64,000 nucleotides of DNA from Octopus sinensis (GCF_006345805.1 NC_042998.1:24862001-24926000), one strand, 5' to 3'; shown: positions 11,830 to 24,797, counted from the first letter of the stretch. Numbers and translations are program-made. Notes: generated by a model not told the origin, from the letters alone.

Positions 11830-13700
11830 AAATAGGAGCAGTAAAGCTGAAATTATATGGTTTTGTTGCTACTTTTATCTTAAGTATTCATTTTCCAAAG
11901 ATATTTTTAAATGTGGTTATAAAAGTGGATTACAAGTTAATTTTGATTCTTAAATTTATAATGATGGTGATTGTGGAGGAATATGAATGCGATGTGTTTG
12001 TTGACAAAGGCTTTCATTATTTTGGAGATATCTGAAGAAAGCTTTATAAATCCATAGATGGAGGAGTCAGAGAATTTTCATTTCCTTGAATGAGGGTAAC
12101 ATGAAACCTTATGAAAATGGATTCAGCATTTTGATGAAGTTTGCTACTTATATCATTCTTTACATATTTTTATTTCCATTACCCAGTTTAAATTTTTAAG
12201 GTAAACTACTATAGTGCCATAATTGTTAACACTTTAAACTGACTGATTATCCTAGAATTTACCAGAAAAGTGATAGTTGAAATGTTTATAAAAGATTTGT
12301 TCAAATATACAAACAGTTATTTCTGATCCAGCATTAAAGGCATACATTCAATATCACTGAAACATCATAAATGCAAATGTCCTCTTGTTTAGATGATACC
12401 ACAGTATGGGGAAAAAAAACCATGTAATAATATTTTATGAAACATCCAAATATAACCTGAATATTGAATGAAAGAATGAAAGCTAAAATCTTTAATACAA
12501 TTTCCCATATTTATAAAGGAAAAAAACCCCTCAATTTTTAGATGCATTCTGATCAGTAAGAAGAATGTAGTTTCGAAAACAACAAATTGTGAGGACATAT
12601 GAAAAATGTTGATTTGATTCTGTTACCGAACATGAATCTTCATGCAGAAAGGAAATTCCCTGATGCTTTTCAATGAAGCTAGTTAATATACTATTTTGTC
12701 ATGATAGTTAAATGCAACAGAACATTACAGTAGAAAATATTTGCCACAGAAAACATTAAAAGAAGCTTTTATAATGTGTGAAACCATGTCATAAAAACGA
12801 CCATTCCTTTGATTCCTAGAATGAAAGACTGGCTAGTGAAAATCGAAAAAGGACCAAAAATAATAATAAAAAAATAAGTCAATGTATTACTGGCAGTGAT
12901 CCATTCATAATACTATCATTATGATGAAATACCATAATTACAGGACGAACATCCTGTAAATTAGATCGTACAATATAAGATTATACTCACCAGGAAACTA
13001 CATTCTATAGAGATTTCAGAGAGAACAGCTATATTGAAGATACAAATATAATGCATTAGCTATTTATGTTGCTACAACTCCACCTGAATATTCCTCTAAA
13101 GAAAAATACCTTTTATTTTTAAAGGTATTGAGATTTGATAGACACTTATGACATTATACACAATATCTACCTTGATGGTCTTCGGTACTTCTTTAAGTAT
13201 TTTGATAACAAAGAGATAGTATGGTTGTGACATGTCATTGCTTCTAGTAATCAAAAATAATGGAACAAGAGACATCAGAAAAGTATAAAGTATATCCTTG
13301 TTGGAATTGCTAAGATAAAAATATAGTTAAGCTTCAAAAAAAAAGAAAAAAACATCACTTTTACAGAGTGGTGAAAATCATGAGAACTTTTTTTAAATTA
13401 AATCCGCTTTTAGAGAAGTTTAATTTTCCTTAAAATTTAAAATATATCTGTCACAGTTAATATGACAATATTTTCAAGGATATATCTCACAGCATATGTA
13501 TCTGATGTTGATACAAAAAAAAAAAAGATTGAACATATCCAAGCTTGGATTGCTAAGAAATAAAGGTAGCTCTATAAATTACAAATGCCAGGATGACAAT
13601 AAAAATATGCCATGCTATTATGAGATTTAAATGGTAAGGAGAAGGGATAATAAATTTCATTTTCTAAACCAAAAATTCTGTTTATATCTATGTATTAAAA
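11830..13700 (+). pseudogene. decayed unidentified ORF(s), plus strand
   Basis: Segments such as EEYECDVFVDKGFHYFGDI*RKLYKSIDGGVREF, TVISDPALKAYIQYH, FRKQQIVRTYEKC, YNALAIYVATTPPEYSSKEKYLLFLKVLRFD and DLIDTYDIIHNIYLDGLRYFFKYFDNKEIVWL. Many disablements. Confidence 0.4.
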
Positions 13701-14329
13701 AAAAAATACAGTAATATAATATTTATATCAAAAATATTTGGAAACATTTTGACAAGCCATTTGCTTGCCTATCAATTTCTTTCTTCAACTAAGTACACTT
13801 GAATATTTCTTATTTTCTCTTATGTTATAAGCAAAGTATAAATTACAAAATCTATAAATGGGAGACTGAAATGCTGGCTTGTGGAGACATTACATGTGGT
13901 ATTTTTCTATCTTGTTGATTACATTAATGTGAAAAATACAAGTGATTAAATAATTTTGTGAAACTGGGGCACATGACAACACCCAAGCAAGGACTATACT
14001 TTAGTTTCTTGGGAATGTTTGCTTTACAAATAAATCACCTGGAGTATAAATATCAGTTCTTTTAATTAGCCAAATGATCTTTTGGCTGCAGAATGCAAAC
14101 TTATGTGCCCCAATATATTACTGTTAATAGTTTCACCTTGAGGGAAAATGGACATAAAAATCCAATGACACTGTGGTAAGAAGTCTGCTTCCCAACCACA
14201 TAGTTCTGGGTTCAGTGCCATTGCATGATACCTTGGGCAAGTGTCTTCTACTGTAGTCCCAGGCCAATAAAAACCTTGTAAGTGGATTTGGTAGACAGAA
14301 AATGATACATACATATATCTATCTATATG

Positions 14330-14476
14330 TACATTATTTACATTATTTACATTTGACGGATATTTGTCCTCATCTTGTTTGTTGTTAACACATTTCAGCT
14401 GATATACCCTCCAGCTTTCATCAGGTGTCTTGGGGAAATTTTGAACCTGGGTTCTCATTCCTAAGGTATTTTTCAA

Positions 14477-14480
<4 letters not shown>
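14330..14480 (-). mobile_element. short Penelope-type fragment with a degenerate hammerhead motif
   Basis: Minus strand: GACAC CTGATGA A AGCTG-gagggtatat-CAGCT GAAA TGTGTT. The same family forms the hairpin at 38833-38925. Confidence 0.55.
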
Positions 14481-14514
<34 letters not shown>

Positions 14515-15050
14515 TATTATTATTATTATTATTATCATTATTATTATTATTGAGTGAGAGAGCAGTGCATGCCATCAAAGTGACACTGGGGTAAAATATA
14601 CGAAGCCCAGTATACTCATCATCACCACCCGTCTGATAAGGGTACACCAGGCACATGCATCACAACCATATGTGTGACATGGTGATCTCATATCAAGATA
14701 AACAGTTCATGACCTTGCAGGTGGGGCCCAGTTAGAATTTTCTTCTTGTTGAGTAGCCCATCCCACTGAATAAGGATTGTTTAAAGATGTTGAATGAACC
14801 ACCCATGTTTCCAGAGGTGAATTATCCAAACTTCTAAGAATTCCTTTCAACACATGGCTACGATACTCCCCCACTACTTCTGCTCATGATCAGAGATGCA
14901 CATATCATCAGCCACTAAGGGACATGGCCAACTGGTTATGGTCAAGCAACTAACAAGCAAATCTGTGGTATTCAGCAGAATATTTGCTGTAGCCCATCTT
15001 TTATACCAAGACAAAACAATGTATATGATAACACTTCCAATTAGTTAAGA
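14480..15050 (-). mobile_element. unclassified retroposon-like element with (AAT)n tail
   Basis: ~520 bp of higher-GC non-coding sequence ending CTCTCTCACTC(AAT)n on the minus strand; single copy in this window. Confidence 0.45.
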
Positions 15051-15104
15051 TCAAAAGCTATGAGAGCCACTGCCTGGTACTGCATCAGGGAATTTATTAT
15101 TATT

Positions 15105-15140
<36 letters not shown>

Positions 15141-15160
15141 GCTGCTGCTGCTGCTGCTGC

Positions 15161-15194
<34 letters not shown>

Positions 15195-15212
15195 ATTATT
15201 ATTTCGTGGCCG

Positions 15213-15500
15213 ATGCCAGCACCGCCTCGACTGGCTTCCGCCGGTGGCACATAAAATACACCAATCCGACCGTGGCCGTTGCCAGCCTCGCCTGGCACCT
15301 GTGCAGGTGGCACGTAAAAAGCACCCACTACACTCACGGAGTGGTTGGCGTTAGGAAGGGCATCCAGCTGTAGAAACATTGCCAGATAAGACTGGAGCCT
15401 GGTGCAGCCTTCTGGCTTCCCAGATCCCCGGTCGAACCGTCCAACCCATGCTAGCATGGAGAACGGACGTTAAACGATGATGATGATGATGATGATGATG
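15213..15500 (+). mobile_element. RTE-like 3' UTR copy (family C, 2 hairpin units)
   Basis: Two GGTGGCACRTAAAA cores, then GGCGTTAGGAAGGGCATCCAGC and GGACGTTAAAC(GAT)n. Confidence 0.85.
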
Positions 15501-15597
15501 ATTGATTGATTGATTCTAGTTTCAGCTCACGAGCTGTGGCCATGCTGGGGCACCGCCATTATTATTATTATTATTATTATTATTGTTGTTATTATTA

Positions 15598-15815
15598 AGG
15601 CAACGAGCTGGCAGAATCGTTAGCATGCTGGATGAAATTCATAGTGATATTTTACCTGTCGTTACATTCTGAGTTCAAATTCCGCCGAGGTCAACTTTGC
15701 CTTTCATCCTTTCAGGGCCAATAAATCAAGTACCAGTGAAACACTGGGGTCAATGTAATCAATTATCTCCCTCCCCCAAATTTCAGGCTTTGTGTCTACA
15801 GTAGAAAGGATTATT
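15598..15815 (+). mobile_element. SINE A2 (same head and core as A1, different tail)
   Basis: A head and core followed by CCCTCCCCCAAATTTCAGGCTTTGTG...GTAGAAAGGATTATT. Confidence 0.8.
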
Positions 15816-15944
15816 CCATTACCCTTATTTTTATTGCATAATAGAGCACTGCTGGTTAAGCTTTGTGTACATAACAGTTGTTAAGACTTTTGTATTTTTA
15901 ATTATATTAAAAATATTCTATATAATAACCAGCTCACTCAAAAG

Positions 15945-16640
15945 TTCCTTGGATCGTAGGGCAACATGCCATGCTTGAGGAGACCTATTGAGTCAAGTAC
16001 ATCAGCATCAGCAATATTAAAATTAAATTAAATAGAAGTTGTAGTTGTGAGCCCCTTGCCGGTGGCACATAAAAAGCACCATCTGAACATGGCCAATGCC
16101 AGAGATGATTTGACTGGCTTCCATGCCGGTGGCATGTAAAAAGCATCATCCAAACGTGGCTGATGCCAGTGCTGCTTTGACTGGTTTCTGTGCTGGTGGC
16201 ACGTAAAAAGCAACATCTGAACGTGGCTGATGCCAGTGCAGCTTTGACTGGCTTCCATGCCAGTGGCACGTAAAAAGCAACATCCGATCGTGGTCGATGC
16301 CAACTCCTCTGGCCCCTGTGCCGGTGGCACGTGAAAAGCATCATCCAAACATGGCCAATGCCAGTGCCGCTTTGACCGGCTTCAGTGCCAGTGGCATGTA
16401 AAAAGCACCATCCGATCATGGTCGATGCCAACTCCTCTGGCCCCTGTGCTGGTGGCACGTAAAAAGCACGCACTACACTCATGGAGTGGTTGGCGTGAGG
16501 AAAAGCATTCAGCTGTAGAAACACTGCCAGATGAGATTAGGGCTTGGTGGAGCCTCGTGGCTTCCCAGATCCCAGTTAAACCATCCAACCCATGCTAGCA
16601 TGGAAAACGGACGTTAAACGATGATGATGATGATGATGAA
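15945..16640 (+). mobile_element. RTE-like 3' end with an expanded internal VNTR (7 cores)
   Basis: Seven GTGCCGGTGGCACGTAAAAAGCACC-like cores at ~61-67 bp spacing between 16061 and 16470. Confidence 0.85.
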
Positions 16641-16969
16641 CATGTAATACACAGAAGACTATTTTTTATGTTATGTAAAATTCTTAGAATTTTGATTATG
16701 TTTTTGTCAGCAATGGTTCTTTTTAACCATTCTCCAGGCGCCTTTTATTTTCCTCTATCATTATTATTATTATAAAGATTGTTTCCATTTTTGGTCCCCA
16801 CATATTCTGATTGTCTCTATTTCCATCTCTATTTCCAGATTCTTATATTTGAATCACTTCTACATTGCTTGCAGAAATGTGATATCATTTTATCATCTGT
16901 TGGGATTGATACGGAGAGGGATGAGGCACTTCCTTACATGCTGGTCCATGACAACAATATCTGGCCCAT

Positions 16970-16979
16970 CACCACCACC

Positions 16980-17054
<75 letters not shown>

Positions 17055-17068
17055 CCCGCTACTGCCCT

Positions 17069-17099
<31 letters not shown>

Positions 17100-17142
17100 A
17101 CTACTACTACTACTACTACTATTACTACTACTACTATTACTG

Positions 17143-17178
<36 letters not shown>

Positions 17179-17180
17179 GA
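16970..17180. repeat. (ACC)/(ACT)/(GCT) compound trinucleotide array
   Basis: Direct inspection. Confidence 0.95.
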
Positions 17181-17557
17181 GGCTGTAAACTGGCAGGATT
17201 GTGAGAGCATCAGAAAAATGTTTTGTGGCATTTGTTCCAGCTCTTTATGTTCTGGGTTCAAATCCTGCTGACGTCGACTCTGCCTTTTATCTTTCCAGGC
17301 TTGACAACATAAAGTGTCTATCTAGAAATGGAATTGATGGTACTGACTAGTTCCCCCCTCCCCTCAAAATTAACGGCCTTGTGCCTAGATCAGAAACCAC
17401 TGCTACTACTGCAACTACTACTACTACTATTTCAACTACTACTACTACTACTAGACGACGACGACTACTACTACAACTACTACTACTATTAACACCAACA
17501 TTACCACCAACACAACAATAACAACAACAACAACTGTAGCAGCAACAACTACTACTG

Positions 17558-17591
<34 letters not shown>

Positions 17592-17974
17592 CACTACCAC
17601 CACCACAATGGATTTGGTAGACAGAAACTGAATGAAGCTTGTCATGTATATATACCTATATATATCTACGTGTTTGTGTTTTTGCATCTGTGTTTGTCCC
17701 CCACCACTGCTTGGCAACCGTTGTTGGTGTGTTTACATCCCTGTCACGCATTAGATAAGCAAAAGAGACCAACAGAAATGTACCAAGCTTAAAAATAATT
17801 AAGTACTGGTGTTGATTCATTTGACTAGAATTCTTCAAGGTAGTGCCCCAGCATGACCACAGTCCAAGGACTGAAACAAGTAAAGGAGAAGCGATCATCG
17901 CAATCACCAAAAGACTGTTAAAAATAATAGAATGCTTTAAAATAGTGTCATCCTTTTATTTTCTCAGCTCCTAG

Positions 17975-18400
17975 GATGACCTGCTGTGCTTACCTTGGAT
18001 CGTAGGGCAACTTGCTGGGCTTACCTTGGGTCGTAGAGTGACCTGCTGTGATTGAGGAGACCTATTGAGTCAAGTACATCAACATCAAAATCAAAGTCAA
18101 ATGGGAATTGTAGTTGTGATACCCATGCCGGTGGCACATAAAAAGCACCAATGGATTGTGGCCATTGCCAGCCTCCTCTGGCCCCTGTGACGGTGGCATG
18201 CAAAAAGCATCAACTACAGTCTCGGAGTGGTTGGCACTAGGAAGGGCATCCAGCTGTAGAAACACTGCAAGATCAGACTGGAGCCTGATGCAGCCTCCTG
18301 GCTTCCCAGACCCTGGTCGAACCGTCCAATCCATGCTAGCATGGAAAATGGATATTAAATGATGATGATGATGATAATGATGATGCTGATGATGGTGATG
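17975..18400 (+). mobile_element. RTE-like 3' end (family C, 2 cores) with a duplicated 5' junction
   Basis: Family C module preceded by ~31-bp units CCTGCTGTGCTTACCTTGGRTCGTAG in tandem. Confidence 0.75.
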
Positions 18401-18635
18401 AGTTTTGGTCAATTCAATTTTTTCTCACTATTTATCATATTTTATTTTATTTTATTTTATTCTATTTTATTTTCACTACTGATGAAGATAAGTATTTATA
18501 AAGCACTAAGGTTTATTTAAAAGAAACAAAAAAACTATACATCAATATTTCTCTCTTCATTTAAATCCTAAACACTTATCTTTTATGATTTAGAAAATGC
18601 CTAACATCATATTATTAATCATTTATCATACACAA

Positions 18636-20252
18636 AGGCAGCAAGCTGGCAAAATCATTAGCATTCTGGGCGAAATGCTTAGCAGTATTTCATCCGTCTT
18701 TACATTCTAAGTTCAAATTCTGTTGAGGTCAACTTTGCCTTACATCCTTTCAGGATCAATGAATTAGGTACCTATTTCTTTATTACCCAGAAGGGGCTAA
18801 ACATATAGGGGACAAACAAGGACAGACATAGGTATTAAGTCGATTACATCGACCCCAGTACGTAACTGGTACTTAATTTATCAACCCCGAAAGGATGAAA
18901 GACAAAGTCGACCTAAGTACCAGTTGCATACTGGGCTCGATCTAATTGACTGGCCTCTCCCCAAAAAGTGTAGGCCTTGTACCTAGAATAGAAAAGAATA
19001 TCATTAAAGATGGTGAGCTGGCAGAAACATTAGCATGCCAGTCGAAATTCTTAACGGTATTTTGTCTGTTTTTACGTTCTGAGTTCAAATTCTGCCTCGG
19101 TTGACTTTGCCTTTCATCCTTTTGGTGATCGATAAATTAAGTACCTGTTGCATACTGAGGTTACTCTAATCGACTGGCCCCCTCCCACAAAATTTTGGGC
19201 CTTGTGCCTCAAGTAGAAAATATTATTTAGAATGTGAAGGGTAGCAAGATGGCAGAAACATTAGCACGCTGGACAAAATGCTTAGCGGTATTTCGTCTGG
19301 TGTTACATTCAAATTCCACCAAAGTCAACTTTGCCTTTCATCCTTTCATAGTCGAATAAATAAGTACCATTTATGCACTGGGGTCGATGTAATCGACTTA
19401 ATTCCTTTCTCTGTCCTTGTTTGTTCCCTCTATATTTAGCGTGCTGTGGGCAATAAAGAAATAAATGCAACCAACATCCTCCTCTACTTAAAGATTGTTG
19501 GATTTGTGCCAAAACTAAAAAGAATTATCTCAGAGTATCCTTCAATCACAAATTCTCTCTCTCTCCATTATAGATCTCCATTATAGATCTTCATCATTTG
19601 TATGTCTGATTTTCATGCTTCTATAAAAAGGATAGATTATCTCAGCCTTATTCATATTCTTTGGAGTTATTGATACCCTAGATAGGCCAAGGACCATCTG
19701 GTAGGGGACTTGTTCTCATACCATCCATTTTTGTTTTTGCATGGTTTCTCCAGTTAGAAGCCATTTTTATCTCTGATCCTTTTTCAGGGTACTGGCTGCT
19801 TAGTTTCATGTTACAAGCTCTAGAAAGGAATCTCTTCAGTCTTGTCTTCAGCAAGGTTTTTATTTCTTTATTGACCACAGGGGGCTAAACATAGATGGGA
19901 CAAACAAGGACAAAGGGATTAAGTTGATTACACTGACCTCCAGTGCGTAACTGGTACTTATTTAATTGATCCCCAAAAGGATCAAAGGCAAAGTCGACCT
20001 CAGTGGAATTTGAACTCAGAACATAATGGCAGACAAAATACCTATTTCTTTATTACCCACAAGGGGCTAAACACAGAGGGACAAACAAGGACAGACAAAC
20101 GGATTAATTCAATTGCATAGACCTCTAGTGTGTAACTGGTACTTATTTAATCGACCCCGAAAGGATGAAAGGCAAAGTCAACCTTGGTGGAATTTGAACT
20201 CAGAACGTAACAGCAGACAAAATACCCCTAAGCATTTCGCCTGGCATGCTGA
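18636..20252. mobile_element. cluster of SINE A copies (A2 with nested inverted A1, A2, A1, A1 dimer)
   Basis: A1 fragment on minus at 18773-18913 inside an A2 with TA(G/A)GTACC duplication. A2 at 19010-19225, A1 at 19240-19465, minus-strand A1 dimer at 19861-20252. Confidence 0.85.
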
Positions 20253-20436
20253 CATTTTTGCCAGCTCCCTGTCCTTGGAGTCCTTACTTGTATTGTCATT
20301 TGCTATTCATTTGATTTCTGTCATGTTCTGTGTGTGTGTATGTATAAAATTAATGAGTGCATGCGTTACATAAATAATATTTTCAGGATTATATAAAAGG
20401 ACAACAAACAGAAAATATGACATACCTATATATCTA

Positions 20437-20479
<43 letters not shown>

Positions 20480-20558
20480 ATTTTTTTTTTTTTTTTTTTT
20501 AAATTTTTTTTTTTACTTGTTTCAGTAATTTGACTGCGGCCATGCTGGAGCACCGCCT

Positions 20559-20591
<33 letters not shown>

Positions 20592-20949
20592 AATACATGT
20601 GGTAAATAAACAAACAAACATACACTAAATACACAGGTGAACAGAAAATACAGAAGGTCACCAATTCTTCATCAGTTATCGGCCAGAGGGGTCAAAGCAC
20701 AATTTTGGTCATTATCGATAATATAGATTCCACTCTGGAGGCACCAATATATGTCTATGCACACACAGGCATATACACACACATACACATACACAAACAC
20801 ACACACACACAAACACATCATTATTAGGGATTCACTTGCATTGCATGTGTTTTGGGCTGAGATCATGTGCTGAAGCTAAAGTGATTGTAGCATGGTAAAA
20901 GCAAGTTAGCCATTTAGGAACACATGACTTCACTCAAACATTTATTTGT

Positions 20950-21029
20950 AATATGGCGTCAAACTTTTTGCAGCTTCAAACTGCAGCCTGGTCACCAATG
21001 GAAAATTGTGTTGCATCTGAAATTATTCA

Positions 21030-21093
<64 letters not shown>

Positions 21094-21247
21094 TATATAT
21101 AGATATAGATAGATAGCTAGATATATTATATATATACATATATAATATACATATATACATATATATATATAATATATATATATATAGATATAGATAGATA
21201 GCTAGATATATATATATATATATACATATATACATATACATATATAC

Positions 21248-21295
<48 letters not shown>

Positions 21296-21335
21296 TATAG
21301 ATAGATAGCTAGATATATATATATATATACATATA

Positions 21336-21366
<31 letters not shown>

Positions 21367-21600
21367 ATATATACATTTACATATATATATCATCATCATC
21401 ATCATTTAATATCTATCATCCGTTGTACACACAGACACATATGCACAGATATAAATACATATGTGTGTGTGTGTGTGTGTGTGTGTATACATATACACAT
21501 ATATATATATATATACCTACACACACATATATTTATTTATCTATCTTTCTATCTATACATATATATAATATATATGTATATATATATATATGTATATATG

Positions 21601-21632
<32 letters not shown>

Positions 21633-22008
21633 CACACACACATATATATATATATATGTTCGTTTTGTGTGAAGGATTCAAGTGACATTTGGTTTTGCAT
21701 TGGCAACAAAATAACTAGATATCAAGGATTTTCTCTAGTTGAGTCTGTTATTTCATATGACTGTTCTTTCTCTAATTCTGAGAGAGAGAGAGAAAAAAAA
21801 AAATCTATCTTCATCTCCCCAAAACTCCACCCCACCCCCACCAATACATTGGTTGAATGCAATTATTGTGTGCAGAGGAATTGAGGAAATCAAATAGAAC
21901 TGGAAGAAATGATTGCTTTGAATGTCAACTTACAAGATATTTCAGTTAGAGAAGCATGGATAAATTTAGTTTTGTTCTCAGTTGCTAATAGCAGAAATAA
22001 TAATAATG

Positions 22009-22075
<67 letters not shown>

Positions 22076-22494
22076 TAATAATAATAATGATAATAATAAT
22101 AATGATAATAATGATAATAACGAATTTTATATCTGCCATGTTACTACACCATGTTAGGCTTCTATTGAAACTTGCTTAAGAGTTCAGTGTTGCTTCTCAT
22201 ATAATAATTGAATGTATGATTGCTCTGCTGGTATTTCTTGTGTGTATTTTATCATTTTATTCACTGCTTCTTTTTTTTTTTTTACTCTGATCTGTCTTAA
22301 TAGATGGAAAAAAATAAAATAAAATGAAGTAAAATATGATAAAATATAACACGAAGGAAAACAAATGCAAACAACCACCACCCGCCTCCACCCGCCTCCA
22401 CCCGCCTCCACCCGCCTCCACAAAAAACAACAACAACCCAGCTACAAAAAAATATCTACTGTGCAATCGTAAGGTAAAAGCAGCACAACGTGTG

Positions 22495-22555
<61 letters not shown>

Positions 22556-22644
22556 TATACATATATATATACATGTATATATATATATACTTATGTATAT
22601 ATATGTATATATATATGTATATATATATATACACATATACACAC

Positions 22645-22687
<43 letters not shown>

Positions 22688-22855
22688 ATATATACATATA
22701 TATACATATATATATATATATATACATATATATACATATATATATTTATATATATATGTATATATATATGTATATAAATATATATGTATACATATGTATG
22801 TATATATATATATAATATATATATATATAAAAATGCATATATACATACATATGTA

Positions 22856-22897
<42 letters not shown>

Positions 22898-22920
22898 GTG
22901 TGTGTGTGTGTGTGTGTGTT
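20950..22920. repeat. dense microsatellite block ((TA)n, (GATA)n, (AAT)n, (CA)n, (TG)n)
   Basis: Direct inspection; source of many spurious IY-repeat ORFs. Confidence 0.95.
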
Positions 22921-23870
22921 AGAGAATGAGGATGCAGAGGAAGCTGTGTAGGAAGAATAATATTGTCACCATGAAAACGACAAAAATAGCATAATTAATA
23001 AGTAAATAGACAGAGGTGTAACACGATTGAGCTGATTCCGTTGTCATCATCACCCACAAGTAAAAACACAGCTTTTAATGATAATTAGTCCTGCGTTTCA
23101 TAGATCTTTATGCGAAGTATGTAGATTCAGTTAGAATTAATTTATGATTAGCATCAAAATCTTTATGGTAACAAATTTCCCTGTTGCTAACCAGTGTTTT
23201 TATTTTTGTTTTTTTGTTGTTTTAATTATAATTTTTAATTACTCGTTATTTTATTCTTTCTTCCTCTCTTTCACTCCTTTCATATTTCAATGCTTTCATT
23301 TTTTAAATTTTTTTTTTGGTTTCTTTCTTCCTCATTCCTGTTTTTAGTTTTACCTGTTATATCTGTTTATACTTTTTATTTTTATTTTATTTACACATTT
23401 ATTTATTCATTTATTTTTATTTTTATTTATTTCAAAGCTGTGGTTGTGATGTTTTTGACAGTGGGTATGGTGATAGCAAGCAATAGCAACGGTGTTGTTA
23501 GCAATGGTGCTGATGCCTAAAATCATTGCTGTTAGTTATCAACTTGCAAATGTAATACGTGCTGAAGTCTTGCTTTAGTAAATGAAGCGACTACATTAAA
23601 TAATATCCTGCATCATTATTGCTGAAATTAGCTGTCTTACAGGAGGTAGCATTTCCTACATTAAGCAACTGTAACATATCTGCTGCACACACACACACAA
23701 ATCCCAACCCTCTCACTACACACACACATATGTATGTGTGTGCTTTTATGTTCTTTATACAGATATATGTATATGTGTATATTATATGGTCTTTATACAT
23801 ACATACATACATATGTACAAGTACATATAATTATATGTATACACGCAAACACATACACATATATATATAT

Positions 23871-23920
<50 letters not shown>

Positions 23921-23952
23921 CACATATATACATATATATGTATATATATATG

Positions 23953-24158
23953 TGACTGCATGTGTACCGTTGGTGATTTTTTTCCTCTGTCTTCTCTTCT
24001 CTGGATCTTTCCTTCCACTATGTTTCCGATGAAGAGCTCCGCTCGAAACGTTAAACCCTCCTTCTATCCGTCTTTCCTGAGCGTCCAATAATACTATATT
24101 TGTTCCACATCCTCGCGTTGTTGTGTTTTTTCGTGCTTTCATGTTTGGATTAACTATA
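23953..24158 (+). mobile_element. (TA)n-embedded Penelope-type fragment
   Basis: Shares TGAAGAGC...GCTCGAAACGT...CTTTCCTGAGCGTC..TAATA...AACTAT with the elements at 49.1-49.5 kb and 59.8 kb; flanked by (TA)n on both sides. Confidence 0.6.
24022..24056 (+). ncRNA. minimal type I hammerhead ribozyme candidate (U4C)
   Basis: GUUU-CCGAUGA-A-GAGC(UCC)GCUC-GAAAC-GUU/AAAC: 4-bp stem I, 4-bp stem II, palindromic ACGU stem III. Confidence 0.6.
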
Positions 24159-24173
24159 TATGTATATATATAA

Positions 24174-24238
<65 letters not shown>

Positions 24239-24279
24239 TATATATATATTTATATATATATATATTTACATATATATTC

Positions 24280-24680
24280 TTTTATTCTTTTATTCTTTTA
24301 CTTGTTTCAGTCATTTGACTGTGGCTATGTAGGAGCACTGCCTTTAGTCGAACAAATCAACCTCAGGACTTAGGCTAGTACTTATTCCATCGGTCTCTTT
24401 TGCCAAACCACTAAGTTATAGGGTCGTAAACACACCAGCATCGGTTGTCAAGCGATGTTGGGGTGGACAAACACAGACACACAAACACACACACATATGC
24501 ATATACATATATATGACAGGCTTCTTTCAGTTTCCGTCTACAAAATGCATTCACAAGGCTTTGGTCGGCCTGAGGCTGTAGTAGAAGACACTTTTCCTAG
24601 GTTCCACGCAGTGGGACTGAACTCAGAACCATGTGGTTCGTAAACAAGCTACTTACCACACAGCCACTCCTACACCTATG
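24280..24680 (-). mobile_element. SINE B
   Basis: Reverse-complement match to family B. Confidence 0.85.
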
Positions 24681-24751
24681 AAAAAGAAGGCTTTTCTATC
24701 CACATGTGAGTCAAACACACGTCCCTTTGTTAACGTGATTCCCTCTAGTTA

Positions 24752-24797
24752 TCTCTGATGAGGGAATGTCCCTAATATCCCAGAAACAGCAGTAAGA
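24752..24797 (+). ncRNA. hammerhead-like motif, degenerate
   Basis: UCU-CUGAUGA-GGGA(12 nt)UCCC-A-GAAAC-AGCA-GUA/AGA. Confidence 0.45.

Noticed and set aside
16061-16470. Regularly spaced ~20-bp repeats resembling a CRISPR array
   Set aside because: The spacers are homologous to each other (two linker types), the array lies in a eukaryotic LINE 3' UTR, and there are no cas genes.
19678-19878. 66-aa ORF between SINEs
   Set aside because: It starts within a SINE tail and has no recognisable motif.
20645-20690. Minus-strand CUGAUGA followed by an AGAA/UUCU stem
   Set aside because: There is no GAAA or stem III after the stem, so it cannot form a hammerhead.
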